Shown here: positions 46,790 to 56,904 of the stretch, one piece after another
Layout: each line of letters starts with the position of its first letter
Numbering within the stretch: the stretch's first letter is position 1
Source of the DNA: Deferribacterales bacterium
Lineage (GTDB): Bacteria > Chrysiogenota > Deferribacteres > Deferribacterales > Geovibrionaceae
Direction: 5' to 3'
Assembly: GCA_050251875.1 (NCBI GenBank)
Contig: JBFWMA010000001.1
Coordinates: 1 to 64,000 of the forward strand
DNA length: 64,000 nucleotides
Position numbers and translations under genes: made by a program
Notes under the pieces: generated by a model
Seen by the model: only the letters and a program-made list of their open reading frames with translations
Databases searched by the model: none
What the model was told of the DNA's origin: nothing

Positions 46790-49051
46790 ATGGTTACTGT
46801 AAAAATAAACGGAAAAGAGGTACAGGTTCCCAAGAACACACTTATCCTCGAAGCCGCAAAGGAAGCAGGCGTGTCCATACCGACACTCTGCCACGACTCC
46901 CGTCTTAACCCTTTCGGCGCTTGCAGGGTCTGTCTTGTGGAACAAGTCGGCAACCCGAAACTTCAGGCTGCCTGTACTACACCCGTTACAGACGGAATGG
47001 AAATCATCACCCAGTCCGACAAGCTCTCCAGAGTGCGTAAGACAGCCATCGAGCTGCTTCTTATAAACCACCCTCTGGACTGCCCCGTTTGCGACAAGGG
47101 CGGTGAATGTACTCTGCAGGATCTGACATACGAAGTGGGCGTTACAAAAGTGCGTTTTGACGCAAAACCTAACGACACACCCGTTGACCATACTAACCCC
47201 TTCATAGAGAGAGACATCGACAGATGCGTTCTCTGCGGACGCTGCGTCCGTATCTGTGACGAGGTTGTCAACATTCAGGCGATCAGCTTCCTGAACAGAG
47301 GTACTGATACTATAATCGGAACTTCTTTTGAACAGCCCTGGAACTGCGAATACTGCGGACAGTGTATCAGCGTTTGTCCCGTGGGTTCACTGAACAACAG
47401 AATATACCTGTTCAAAAACAGACCCTGGAACCTCGACAGAGTCCAGTCAGTCTGCGGTCTCTGCTCATGCGGATGTACTGTTGACATAGACTATGAGGGC
47501 AACGAAGTTTTCCGTATGAAAGAGAATCCCGAAGAGGGAATCAACCACGGATATATGTGTGCTAAAGGACGTTTCGGATTTGAGTTTGTCAACTCTATCA
47601 AGCGTGAGACTGAAGCACAGGTTAAAGTCGGTGCGGAAGCTAAAAAAGTTTCTTTCGATGAGGCAGTCACTGTCGCAGTTGAGAAACTTAAAAAAGTCAA
47701 AGAAACAGCAGGAGCAGACTCAGTCGCTGTTGTGGTTTCTCCCAGACTTACTAACGAAGAGGCTTTCCTTGCCGCTAAACTCGCTAAAGATGTGATCGGC
47801 ACACAGAACATATTCTCCACAGAGACATCTGAGATACTCCCCGGAGCTACTCTTGAGGAAGTAGAGCAGAGCGACTGTGTGGCAGTGCTGAACATCGATG
47901 TGACAGAAGCCAACCCCATACTCGGTCTTGCCGTGAGACATGCCGCAAGAATGGGCGATGCTCCTCTGGCTGTTTTCTATCCCAGCTTCACTGCTCTGAA
48001 AAGAGTAGCTAAGAAGTTTGTGACAGGAACACCGGACGCTGTCAGAGAGGCTATGGTGAAATACGCAGACGCTGTTGCGGGCGCAAGCAACGAATACAGC
48101 GAGCTGGCTGGAAAACTCACCGCTGCCGAAAGACCTGTAGTGGTTTTCGACCCCTACAACAAAGCGGATGCCGCTCTTGCTCAGAAAATCAGCAAAGCGT
48201 GCGCGAAAGTTAAACTTGTTCCCGCTAAATCAAAGAACAACTCGGTAGGTATAGTAGATATGGGCTGCGGAGCTAAATGCCCCACAGAATTCTCAAAAGG
48301 ACTGGAAGCAGGCAAATTTAAAGCCGTTCTGGTTTTCGGAGAGAACGTATCAGCAAGAACAGTATGGGCTAAGGCAGCATCAAAACTGTCCGGTCTGGAA
48401 CTGCTCCTTGTGACAGACCCCTTCATGAGCGAAACAGCGGCTATGGCGAATGTTTACATTCCCGTTGCCACATTCGCAGAGAAGGACGGTTCTTTCACTA
48501 ACCTCGAGGGACGTGTGCAGACCATCGCCAAAGCAGTGGACAAAGGAGTGAACACAGACGCCTGTGTAGCTTCCGCCATAGCAAAAGGCATGGGTTCAGC
48601 GCTCCCCGCCGATGTTACAGCTGTTAGAAGCATGATAGAGAAGGAAGTTGCCCTGTATTCCAACATAGATTGGAACGGCGGCACTGTTTCCTACCCTTAT
48701 GTTTTTGCAGGTGATATCGCCGCAGAAGACGGCATGGCGAAAGGCAAAGGAAAATTCTTCCTTTACACAGCCAGCCTGAGACTGCACTCCGGTTCTTTCA
48801 CAAGATGGTCTCCCGACCTCGCGAAAGTCTATGGTTCCCCTGTCCTTGAGATAGGCGAAGAAGACGCAAAAGAGCTTGGCCTCGCCAACGGCGATAAGGT
48901 CAAAGTCTCCGGCGAAGGTTTCAGCGGAGAGTTTCCTGTTGAAATAGATAAGAAAGTCACTAAGGGATGCGTGGCGCTCCCCGAAGACTTTACTGCGACA
49001 GCCGGCATTTTCTTCAACGGAAAATGTGTTAAGGCGGATATTGTAAAGTAA
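46790..49051 (+). CDS. nuoG: NuoG
   Basis: IPTLCH..CRVC..C, HPLDCPVCDKGGEC, CVLCGRC, CEYCGQCISVCP, CGLCSCGC..CAKGRF; start ATG 46790 after GAGGAG. Confidence 0.9.
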   Translation: MVTVKINGKEVQVPKNTLILEAAKEAGVSIPTLCHDSRLNPFGACRVCLVEQVGNPKLQAACTTPVTDGMEIITQSDKLSRVRKTAIELLLINHPLDCPVCDKGGECTLQDLTYEVGVTKVRFDAKPNDTPVDHTNPFIERDIDRCVLCGRCVRICDEVVNIQAISFLNRGTDTIIGTSFEQPWNCEYCGQCISVCPVGSLNNRIYLFKNRPWNLDRVQSVCGLCSCGCTVDIDYEGNEVFRMKENPEEGINHGYMCAKGRFGFEFVNSIKRETEAQVKVGAEAKKVSFDEAVTVAVEKLKKVKETAGADSVAVVVSPRLTNEEAFLAAKLAKDVIGTQNIFSTETSEILPGATLEEVEQSDCVAVLNIDVTEANPILGLAVRHAARMGDAPLAVFYPSFTALKRVAKKFVTGTPDAVREAMVKYADAVAGASNEYSELAGKLTAAERPVVVFDPYNKADAALAQKISKACAKVKLVPAKSKNNSVGIVDMGCGAKCPTEFSKGLEAGKFKAVLVFGENVSARTVWAKAASKLSGLELLLVTDPFMSETAAMANVYIPVATFAEKDGSFTNLEGRVQTIAKAVDKGVNTDACVASAIAKGMGSALPADVTAVRSMIEKEVALYSNIDWNGGTVSYPYVFAGDIAAEDGMAKGKGKFFLYTASLRLHSGSFTRWSPDLAKVYGSPVLEIGEEDAKELGLANGDKVKVSGEGFSGEFPVEIDKKVTKGCVALPEDFTATAGIFFNGKCVKADIVK

Positions 49052-49077
49052 TGAAAGTTATAGATAAGAGGTAGGGA

Positions 49078-50037
49078 ATGGTACTCGCGATTGTATTTAC
49101 ACTAATCAAGATACTGATTATCATTGTGTGTACGCTCACCGGCGTTGCCTACATGACCTATGCCGAACGTAAAGTCATCGGTCATATGCAGGTACGCCTC
49201 GGTCCCGTGCACACAGGTCCTAAAGGACTTCTGCAACCCCTGGCCGACGGTCTGAAACTTATGGCGAAGGAAGATATGACACCGGACATGGTAGACAAAC
49301 CCGTGTTCTATGTGGCTCCTTTCCTCGGCATGGTTCCGGGTTTGGCCGCTTTTGCAGTTATACCCTTTAGCGAAAACATATACGTTGCCAACATCAACGT
49401 TGGTCTTCTGTATGTGCTGGCACTGTCCTCAGTAGGCGTTTACGGTATTATCATGTCCGGTTGGGCATCTAACTCAAAATACGCTACTATGGGCTCACTG
49501 CGTTCATCTGCGCAGGTTATCAGCTATGAAACAGCTATGGGTCTGGCGATCCTCGGTCCTGTTCTTCTGGCGGGTTCACTGAACCTGAAAGAGATCACTG
49601 AGGCTCAGAGAGGTCTCTGGTTTATGGTTCCGCAGTTCGTGGCTTTTGTCATCTACTCTATTTCAGCGGTTGCCGAAACCAACAGAGCTCCCTTCGACCT
49701 TCCCGAAGCGGAAACAGAACTTGTTGCGGGTTTCCATGTGGAATACTCCTCAATGAGATTCGCTATGTTCTTCCTGGGCGAATACGCGAACATGTATGTT
49801 GTTGCATCCATGTGCGCAGTTCTTTTCCTGGGCGGATACACAGGACCTCTGCTTCCTCCGCTGGTTTGGTTCCTCATCAAGATGCTTGCGTTCATGTTCT
49901 TCTTCCTGTGGCTGAGAGCTACTCTCCCCAGACTTAGATTTGACCAGCTTATGAATCTTGGTTGGAAAATTCTGATCCCGATAGCACTTGCCAACCTGCT
50001 TATAACAAGCATCGTTGTCTATGCGATCAGGAACTAG
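49078..50037 (+). CDS. nuoH: NADH-quinone oxidoreductase subunit H
   Basis: ERKV...Q.R.GP, LQP.ADG.KL..KE, AETNR.PFDLPEAE.EL..GF..EYS. Confidence 0.97.
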   Translation: MVLAIVFTLIKILIIIVCTLTGVAYMTYAERKVIGHMQVRLGPVHTGPKGLLQPLADGLKLMAKEDMTPDMVDKPVFYVAPFLGMVPGLAAFAVIPFSENIYVANINVGLLYVLALSSVGVYGIIMSGWASNSKYATMGSLRSSAQVISYETAMGLAILGPVLLAGSLNLKEITEAQRGLWFMVPQFVAFVIYSISAVAETNRAPFDLPEAETELVAGFHVEYSSMRFAMFFLGEYANMYVVASMCAVLFLGGYTGPLLPPLVWFLIKMLAFMFFFLWLRATLPRLRFDQLMNLGWKILIPIALANLLITSIVVYAIRN

Positions 50038-50047
50038 GGGTGATATT

Positions 50048-50542
50048 ATGAAGAACATTTTTGAAACAATCTTCTTTACAGAGATTCTTCAGGGTCTCGG
50101 TATTACCCTGAAACATATGTTCATGAAACCCGTGACATATAAGTACCCCTTTGAAGCGACTCCGATTCAGGACAGATTCAGAGGAGTTCAATATATTAAG
50201 ACTACCGCCGACGGCAGAACAAAGTGCGTTGGATGTTATCTCTGCCAGAAGGTCTGCCCTTCTGAGTGTATACACATCGAAACAGACTGCGGTCCTAACG
50301 GCGAGAGACTTATAAGAAAGTATGAGCTTGATCTTTCCAGATGTATCTATTGCGGATACTGCGAAGAGGTCTGCCCCGTTGACGCTATCCACATGGGATG
50401 GGAGTGGAACACAGTCGCTCCTACAAGAGACAACTATGTCATCAACATGAAGACACTGTCTCAGAACTACAAAGATAACGTGGAAGGCAACTGGAAAAAC
50501 AAGCATCTTAAAAAGAAACTTGTGGAAGGAGTACAGCAATGA
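50048..50542 (+). CDS. nuoI: NADH-quinone oxidoreductase subunit I
   Basis: CVGCYLCQKVCP, CIYCGYCEEVCPVDAI. Confidence 0.95.
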   Translation: MKNIFETIFFTEILQGLGITLKHMFMKPVTYKYPFEATPIQDRFRGVQYIKTTADGRTKCVGCYLCQKVCPSECIHIETDCGPNGERLIRKYELDLSRCIYCGYCEEVCPVDAIHMGWEWNTVAPTRDNYVINMKTLSQNYKDNVEGNWKNKHLKKKLVEGVQQ

Positions 50543-51051
50543 ACGAAATCTTTATGAATATAGGATTTTGGGTGCTGGGCATAACAGCCGTGGTTTCCGC
50601 TCTGTTCATGGTGACCAGAGAGAACCCTGTTCACTCCGCACTTTGGATGCTTCTGACATTCTTTGCTGTGGCAGGCATTTTCATTCAGCTCGATGCTGAA
50701 TACATCGCCGCCATACAGGTTATGGTATACGCTGGAGCCATTCTGGTTCTTTACATGTTTGTCGTTATGCTGCTTAACCCCAAATCGACTGGCTTCATCA
50801 AGATGCCCTTTAAGGTAGTTCTTGGCGGAGTAGTCTCTGTGGTTCTGTTTGTGCAGATACTCATGACTCTCATGGGAACAGGCGTTATCAAATCATCTCA
50901 GCTCGGCAATATTAACTATCCCGAGGGCTTCACCAACGTGAAAGCATTCGGTACAGTAATGTTCACACAATATATCGTACCTTTCGAAGTGGCTTCAGTG
51001 CTTCTGCTTGTCGCTATGATAGGCGCGATCGTGATAGCGAAAAAGGATTAA
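50539..51051 (+). CDS. nuoJ: NADH-quinone oxidoreductase subunit J
   Basis: [34 protein letters not shown]. Confidence 0.95.
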   Translation: MNEIFMNIGFWVLGITAVVSALFMVTRENPVHSALWMLLTFFAVAGIFIQLDAEYIAAIQVMVYAGAILVLYMFVVMLLNPKSTGFIKMPFKVVLGGVVSVVLFVQILMTLMGTGVIKSSQLGNINYPEGFTNVKAFGTVMFTQYIVPFEVASVLLLVAMIGAIVIAKKD

Positions 51052-51061
51052 GGGGGAAACG

Positions 51062-51364
51062 ATGCTGACTTTAGCACATTATCTTGTCCTTAGCGCAATA
51101 ATTTTCAGCATAGGCGTGGCCGGGGTTCTGATCCGCAGAAACCTGATAGTTATGTTTATGTCTCTGGAACTTATGCTAAACGCGGTTAACATCAACCTCG
51201 CAGCCTTTTCCAACTATCTTCAGCAGATGACAGGACAGATATTTATCGTCTTTGTTATGGCTGTTGCCGCTGCCGAGGCCGCTGTTGGTCTTGCTCTGAT
51301 CATTTCACTGTTCAGAAACAAGCAGACCATTAACGCTGATGAAATTAATACAATGAGAGGATAG
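51062..51364 (+). CDS. nuoK: NADH-quinone oxidoreductase subunit K
   Basis: RRN.I...[20 protein letters not shown]. Confidence 0.96.
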   Translation: MLTLAHYLVLSAIIFSIGVAGVLIRRNLIVMFMSLELMLNAVNINLAAFSNYLQQMTGQIFIVFVMAVAAAEAAVGLALIISLFRNKQTINADEINTMRG

Positions 51365-51373
51365 AGGTAGGTT

Positions 51374-53296
51374 ATGATCTTTGCAGTATTAACACTACTT
51401 GGACCCCTGGTAGCTTTTCTTATTAACGGTCTTTTCGGAAGACGTTACATAAAGAACGCGGCTCCTGTGGTTGCCATAGCAGGTGTTAGTGTTTCCTTCG
51501 TCTGCGCTCTTATACTGTTCTACCTTGTATCCACACAAGGGTTCAGTGTAGACGGAACACTTTACACCTGGGTTATTGCGGGCTCCTTAGAGGTACCATT
51601 CGGTATACTTGTGGATCCCCTGACATCCATCATGCTTATAGTTGTTACAACGATCTCTCTGATGGTTCACATTTACTCCATCGGATATATGCACGGAGAC
51701 AAAGGATTCTGGAGATTTTTCACATATCTTTCAGTTTTCACACTTTCCATGCTTATACTGGTTCTTGGAAACAACTTCCTTATGCTTTTCGTAGGTTGGG
51801 AACTTGTGGGTCTGTCTTCATACCTGCTGATCGGTTTCTGGTTCTTCAAGAAAAGCGCGGCTGATGCTTGTAAAAAAGCTTTCGTAATGAACAGAATCGG
51901 TGACTTTGGTTTTTACATCGGTCTTCTTCTTGTGATCTTCACATTCAGAAGCCTTAACTACTCCGATGCTTTCAACGCTGAAGCTATTCATCATGTTAAA
52001 GAGACCACTTACACAGTATTTGGTATGAATTTTTCTCTGCTCGACCTTATGACATTCGGGCTGTTCTGCGGAGCGATGGGTAAATCTGCTCAGTTCCCTC
52101 TGCACACATGGCTGCCCGATGCGATGGAAGGTCCTACTCCCGTTTCAGCTCTGATCCACGCGGCTACAATGGTTACAGCCGGTGTTTACATGGTTGCCAG
52201 ATGCAACGCTCTCTTCTCTGAGGCGCACATGACAAGCCAGTTCGTCATCTTCGCGGGTGCTACAACTGCTTTCCTCGGCGCATCAATCGGTCTTACACAG
52301 TACGACCTGAAGAGAATCCTTGCTTACTCAACCGTATCTCAGCTGGGATACATGATCATGGCTACAGGTGTCGGCGCGTATGTCGCAGCTATATTCCACC
52401 TGTTCACACACGCTATGTTCAAAGGTCTTCTGTTCCTCTGCTCCGGTTCTGTAATGCACGCTATGCACGACAACCTGGACGTCAGAGTTATGGGCGGTCT
52501 GAAAAAGAAAATGCCCATTACACATTGGACATACCTGATCGGCTGTATAGCCATCGCCGGTATTCCTCCCCTTGCGGGCTTCTGGTCTAAAGACGAGATC
52601 CTCGCCATGACATACGGCTCCGGACATACCTTCGCTTGGCTCGTTGGTACAGGCGTTGCCGGTATGACAGCTTTCTATATGTTTAGAAGCTACTTCCTTG
52701 TATTCCAGGGAACACCCAGAGATCAGCATCTGCATGATCACGCGCACGAGTCTCCTATCGCAATGACATTCCCTCTGGTTTTCCTTGCGATCTGCTCAGT
52801 GCTCGTGGGTGTTGTTTTCGGCTATCCTCTTGAGGACGGCTTTATACACCACTTCCTCGGACCGGTACTGACTCCCGCTCACGCCCATGCGCATGAGATG
52901 GCTCACTCTACAGCAACAGCCCTTATGGCTCTGTCTATAGCGATAGCCGTTGCGGGTATCAGCGTGGCTTACCTCTTCTATGTGAAGATGTACCCCGTGC
53001 TTCCCGAGAAGACAGTCAAGACATTCAAGCCCGTACACAAACTGCTGCTTAACAAGTGGTACTTTGACGAGCTGTATGACTTCGTGTTTGTTCACCCCAT
53101 CGTAATGCTTTCCAGCGTTGTGTTCTGGAGAGCCATAGACGTAAACATAATCGACTTCACTGTTAACGCCTTCGGACGTGTTCCGATGTGGCTCGGCAGT
53201 GTGGCAAGACATGTCCAGACCGGACGCATACAAACATACATATTCACTATGGTTGTCGGCGTTATCGTGCTGGTAGCATTCTTCTACACAGTGTAA
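51374..53296 (+). CDS. nuoL: NADH-quinone oxidoreductase subunit L
   Basis: GWELVG..SY.LIGFW, GKSAQFPLHTWLPDAMEGPTPVSALIHAATMV. Confidence 0.97.
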   Translation: MIFAVLTLLGPLVAFLINGLFGRRYIKNAAPVVAIAGVSVSFVCALILFYLVSTQGFSVDGTLYTWVIAGSLEVPFGILVDPLTSIMLIVVTTISLMVHIYSIGYMHGDKGFWRFFTYLSVFTLSMLILVLGNNFLMLFVGWELVGLSSYLLIGFWFFKKSAADACKKAFVMNRIGDFGFYIGLLLVIFTFRSLNYSDAFNAEAIHHVKETTYTVFGMNFSLLDLMTFGLFCGAMGKSAQFPLHTWLPDAMEGPTPVSALIHAATMVTAGVYMVARCNALFSEAHMTSQFVIFAGATTAFLGASIGLTQYDLKRILAYSTVSQLGYMIMATGVGAYVAAIFHLFTHAMFKGLLFLCSGSVMHAMHDNLDVRVMGGLKKKMPITHWTYLIGCIAIAGIPPLAGFWSKDEILAMTYGSGHTFAWLVGTGVAGMTAFYMFRSYFLVFQGTPRDQHLHDHAHESPIAMTFPLVFLAICSVLVGVVFGYPLEDGFIHHFLGPVLTPAHAHAHEMAHSTATALMALSIAIAVAGISVAYLFYVKMYPVLPEKTVKTFKPVHKLLLNKWYFDELYDFVFVHPIVMLSSVVFWRAIDVNIIDFTVNAFGRVPMWLGSVARHVQTGRIQTYIFTMVVGVIVLVAFFYTV

Positions 53297-53312
53297 GGGG
53301 GACGGAAATATC

Positions 53313-54809
53313 ATGGAACATATACTCAGTATTCTGATTTTCTTCCCGCTTGCGGCAGCTCTTTTCCTTCTGATTTTCTTCAGAGGCGGCAAGAGCACCA
53401 TGTGGGCAGCTTTCGCAGCGAGTGTGGTTGAGTTTATATTCACCATCCCGCTTATGACTAACTTTGACAAGACAAACGGCGGAATGCAGTTCGTTGAGCA
53501 GACTTGGTGGATCAAATCACTTGGAATACAGTACTACCTCGGTGTAGACGGTATCACCATACTTATGATCTTCCTGACAACACTGCTGACAATGATCGCT
53601 ATTCTGGGTTCATTTACTTACATCCAGAAAAGACAGAAAGAGTTCTACATTGCTATGCTTGTACTTGAGACAGGTATGGTGGGAACATTCCTCGCTATGG
53701 ACTTCTTCCTGTTCTACATCTTCTGGGAAGCAATGCTTATCCCCATGTACCTGATAATCGGTGTCTGGGGTGGTAAGAGAAGAATCTATGCCGCTGTTAA
53801 ATTCTTCCTGTATACACTGGCCGGCTCAGTGCTGATGCTTCTTGCCATCATCGCTCTGTACTATGTACACGGACAGGCCACAGGCGAATTCACATTCGAC
53901 ATACTTAAGATCACATCTCAGTACGCATCCTACAGCAAGGGATTCCAGATGCTTATCTTCGTGGTGCTGTTCATCGGCTTCGCGATCAAAGTACCTATGT
54001 TCCCCGTGCATACATGGCTTCCTGACGCTCACGTTGAGGCGCCTACAGCCGGTTCAGTTATCCTTGCCGGTGTACTGCTGAAAATGGGTACTTACGGTAT
54101 GCTTCGTTTCTGTCTGCCTATGACACCCTATGCGTCCATCACAATGATGCCCTACATCGCTGCTCTGTCAGTAATCGGTATCATTTACGGCGCTCTGGTG
54201 GCTATGGTTCAGAAAGACATCAAAAAACTGGTCGCTTACTCATCTGTTTCACACATGGGTTTTGTGACACTCGGTATATACGCTCTTAACCAGGCCGGTA
54301 TCGAAGGCGGTATCCTGCAGATGTTCAACCACGGTATCATCACAGGCGCGCTCTTCCTTCTGATTGGTCTTATCTATGAGCGGACTCACACAAGAGAGAT
54401 AGCAGACTACGGCGGTATCGCAGCCAGCGTGCCTCTTTATGCCACTATCTTCCTGATCTTCACTATGGGTTCAATCGGACTTCCCTCTATGGGAGCGTTC
54501 ATTGGTGAGTTCCTTGTCCTTGTGGGCGCTTTCGAGGCGTTCTCTGACTGGGCGATCCTCGCTGCTATCGGTGTGATTTTCTCCGCCGTGTACATGCTGT
54601 GGATGTTCCAGAGAGTTCTGTATCAGAGCCTTAACAAAAGATGGGAAAATCTCGCTGACATGAACCTTAGAGAGGTAATCTACATATTCCCTCTGCTGGT
54701 CATCGTGTTCTGGGTTGGTCTCTATCCTGAGACATTTACCTCTTATATCCATGAGAGTGTAAAACAGCTTGTTGAGCATATGGCTACAGCAGCAGTGGCA
54801 ATGAAGTAA
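53313..54809 (+). CDS. nuoM: NADH-quinone oxidoreductase subunit M
   Basis: FYIFWEAMLIPMY, KVPMFPVHTWLPDAHVEAP, AYSSVSHMG. Confidence 0.97.
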   Translation: MEHILSILIFFPLAAALFLLIFFRGGKSTMWAAFAASVVEFIFTIPLMTNFDKTNGGMQFVEQTWWIKSLGIQYYLGVDGITILMIFLTTLLTMIAILGSFTYIQKRQKEFYIAMLVLETGMVGTFLAMDFFLFYIFWEAMLIPMYLIIGVWGGKRRIYAAVKFFLYTLAGSVLMLLAIIALYYVHGQATGEFTFDILKITSQYASYSKGFQMLIFVVLFIGFAIKVPMFPVHTWLPDAHVEAPTAGSVILAGVLLKMGTYGMLRFCLPMTPYASITMMPYIAALSVIGIIYGALVAMVQKDIKKLVAYSSVSHMGFVTLGIYALNQAGIEGGILQMFNHGIITGALFLLIGLIYERTHTREIADYGGIAASVPLYATIFLIFTMGSIGLPSMGAFIGEFLVLVGAFEAFSDWAILAAIGVIFSAVYMLWMFQRVLYQSLNKRWENLADMNLREVIYIFPLLVIVFWVGLYPETFTSYIHESVKQLVEHMATAAVAMK

Positions 54810-54823
54810 GGGGGGAGGCAGAG

Positions 54824-56263
54824 ATGACACCACAAGCTATGATGAACCTCGTATCAATTGCTCCTGAAGTTCTGATGACCGTTTTCGGTCTCATTCTGGT
54901 CGTTCTCGATGTAATGACTAAGGGTGAAAAGAAATCAATGGTCGGATACTTCGGCATTGCTTTCATGATAATCACTGCTCTGATATCTCAGCCCGCTATC
55001 GGCGGAAAATATCTGGGATTCGGCAATATGGTAATGTGGGATACATTCTCATATGTATTCTTCGTAATATTTGCTCTTGCCTACACTCTGACAACACTCG
55101 GCTCTGTCGAGTATCTGAAAGACAAAGGCATACTGAAAGGCGAATTCTACACAATCATGTTCTTCAGCATTATCGGCATGATGTTCATGGTTTCAGCTTT
55201 CGACCTTACAGTATTCTATGTAGGTCTGGAGACAATGGCTATCTCCATGTATGTTCTTGCCGGATTTAACAAAAAGTGCTCCAGATCATCTGAAGCCGGT
55301 GTAAAATACTTCATCATCGGCGCATTCTCTTCTGGTATGCTTCTTTTCGGTATGACATATGTTTACGGCGCTACAGGCTCCATGAACTATCTGGAGATCG
55401 CTGAAGCTCTTAAAAACGGCGCCGCTGAAAACGCGACAGTAAAAATCGGTCTCATCCTGATGCTGGCCGGATTTGCTTTCAAAATCTCAGCAGTTCCTTT
55501 CCACATGTGGGCACCTGATGTTTATCAGGGAGCGCCTACACCCGCGGCCGGTTTCATGACCGTTGCTCCGAAAGCTGCCGCTTTCGCTTCTCTGGTCAGA
55601 TTCGTATGGATAGCGCTTGAGCCCGTTGCAGGACTCTGGGGAACATTCTTCTCCATCCTCGCCGTGCTCACAATGTTCTACGGTAACCTTGTCGCTCTTT
55701 CTCAGACAAACGTTAAGAGAATGCTCGCTTACTCAGCTATCTCTCACGCCGGCTACATGATGATCGGTCTTGTAGCTATGAACAAAGAGGGATATCAGGC
55801 TATAGCTCTGTATTCACTTATATACGCATTCATGAACATCGGAGCATTCACACTGCTCGGCGTTCTGAAAAACAAAGGAATGGTAGAGGACGAAAGACTG
55901 GAGAGCTTCGCTGGGCTTGCTAAAAAGAACCCCATGTATGCTCTCGGCATGCTGATATTCATGTTCTCTCTTGCCGGTATTCCCCCTCTGGCGGGCTTCA
56001 TCGGTAAATACATGATCTTCATGGCCGCTATGAAAGCCGAGCTGTACTGGCTGGCTGTTATCGGCGCCCTGAACAGCGCCCTGGCATGCTACTACTACAT
56101 GAGAGTGACAATATACATGTACTTCAATGAGCCTGAGTATGAAGTGGACGCCACTATCGGACGTTCAGCTTTCATCACCAGCTTCATCGGTGCTGTTGTT
56201 GTTCTCGCTGTCGGTTTCTTCCCCTCTGCTTTTATCAGCTTTGTAAAACATCTGCTGGTATAA
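54824..56263 (+). CDS. nuoN: NADH-quinone oxidoreductase subunit N
   Basis: EAG.KYF..GA.SS, FKISAVPFHMWAPDVYQGAP, KRMLAYS.I.HAGY. Confidence 0.97.
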   Translation: MTPQAMMNLVSIAPEVLMTVFGLILVVLDVMTKGEKKSMVGYFGIAFMIITALISQPAIGGKYLGFGNMVMWDTFSYVFFVIFALAYTLTTLGSVEYLKDKGILKGEFYTIMFFSIIGMMFMVSAFDLTVFYVGLETMAISMYVLAGFNKKCSRSSEAGVKYFIIGAFSSGMLLFGMTYVYGATGSMNYLEIAEALKNGAAENATVKIGLILMLAGFAFKISAVPFHMWAPDVYQGAPTPAAGFMTVAPKAAAFASLVRFVWIALEPVAGLWGTFFSILAVLTMFYGNLVALSQTNVKRMLAYSAISHAGYMMIGLVAMNKEGYQAIALYSLIYAFMNIGAFTLLGVLKNKGMVEDERLESFAGLAKKNPMYALGMLIFMFSLAGIPPLAGFIGKYMIFMAAMKAELYWLAVIGALNSALACYYYMRVTIYMYFNEPEYEVDATIGRSAFITSFIGAVVVLAVGFFPSAFISFVKHLLV

Positions 56264-56276
56264 GGAGATAAGCTAA

Positions 56277-56738
56277 ATGGAAGCTACAGTTATTGAGGCA
56301 CTGAAAGAAGCGGCCCAGAAAGAACAGCTTACGCTGGACTTCTATGTGAAACTGCTTGATATAGTCAACGAGCTCAGCTCTAAAGAGATAATCAAAGAGC
56401 TGATCGAGACTAAAAAGAAGTTTAAAAAGGTCATAGAGGACTCAATAGCGTGCGGCTGTCTCTCCGAACTGGGGCGTGACTCAAGCTGTAAGCTCAGAGA
56501 CCTTGGTATTGGAAAAACCGGACATTCAGAAGTTGTCACAAACAGCCTGAATGTTCAGGAACTGCTTCTCATCGCTATACGCCATGAGGACAGCTCCATG
56601 AAATACTATGAGTCTATGGCTGAAAAATTCAAAGGCACAGATGCCGGAGAGGCTTTCACCAGACTGGCTTACGATGTTGCGTGCCACAAAAAAGATATTC
56701 AATATCTCTATGATGATATTGTAAATCTGGAAAATTAA
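56277..56738 (+). CDS. Ferritin-like/rubrerythrin-family protein
   Basis: Duplicated A...E.....(F/Y)Y helices (AAQKEQLTLDFY, AIRHEDSSMKYY), F..LA....H; AAGGAG RBS; 13 nt after nuoN. Confidence 0.7.
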   Translation: MEATVIEALKEAAQKEQLTLDFYVKLLDIVNELSSKEIIKELIETKKKFKKVIEDSIACGCLSELGRDSSCKLRDLGIGKTGHSEVVTNSLNVQELLLIAIRHEDSSMKYYESMAEKFKGTDAGEAFTRLAYDVACHKKDIQYLYDDIVNLEN

Positions 56739-56746
56739 TAAAAAAT

Positions 56747-56776
56747 AAGCCCGCTCACTGAGCGGGCTTTTTTTTT
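56747..56776 (+). terminator. Intrinsic terminator of the nuo operon
   Basis: AAGCCCGCTCA-C-TGAGCGGGC followed by T9. Confidence 0.9.
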
Positions 56777-56807
56777 GGGCAAAATTAAAATTGGAAATAG
56801 TTTTGTT

Positions 56808-56888
56808 CCCCTCTTTGCAAAGAGGGGTTAGGGGAGATTTCTTTATTCTTTTAAGAAATCCACCCAGCCCTCCTTTCATAAAGGAGGG
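56808..56888. repeat. Inverted pair of CCCCTCTTT-N-AAAGAGGGG palindromic units
   Basis: CCCCTCTTTGCAAAGAGGGG-TTAGGGGAGATTT faces AAATCCACCCAG-CCCTCCTTTCATAAAGGAGGG. Confidence 0.65.
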
Positions 56889-56904
56889 TTTAAGAGTGAC
56901 CATG

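Noticed and set aside
46790..49051. NuoG as a (seleno)formate dehydrogenase
   Set aside because: No in-frame TGA and no catalytic C/U-H motif; the molybdopterin-like part is shortened.
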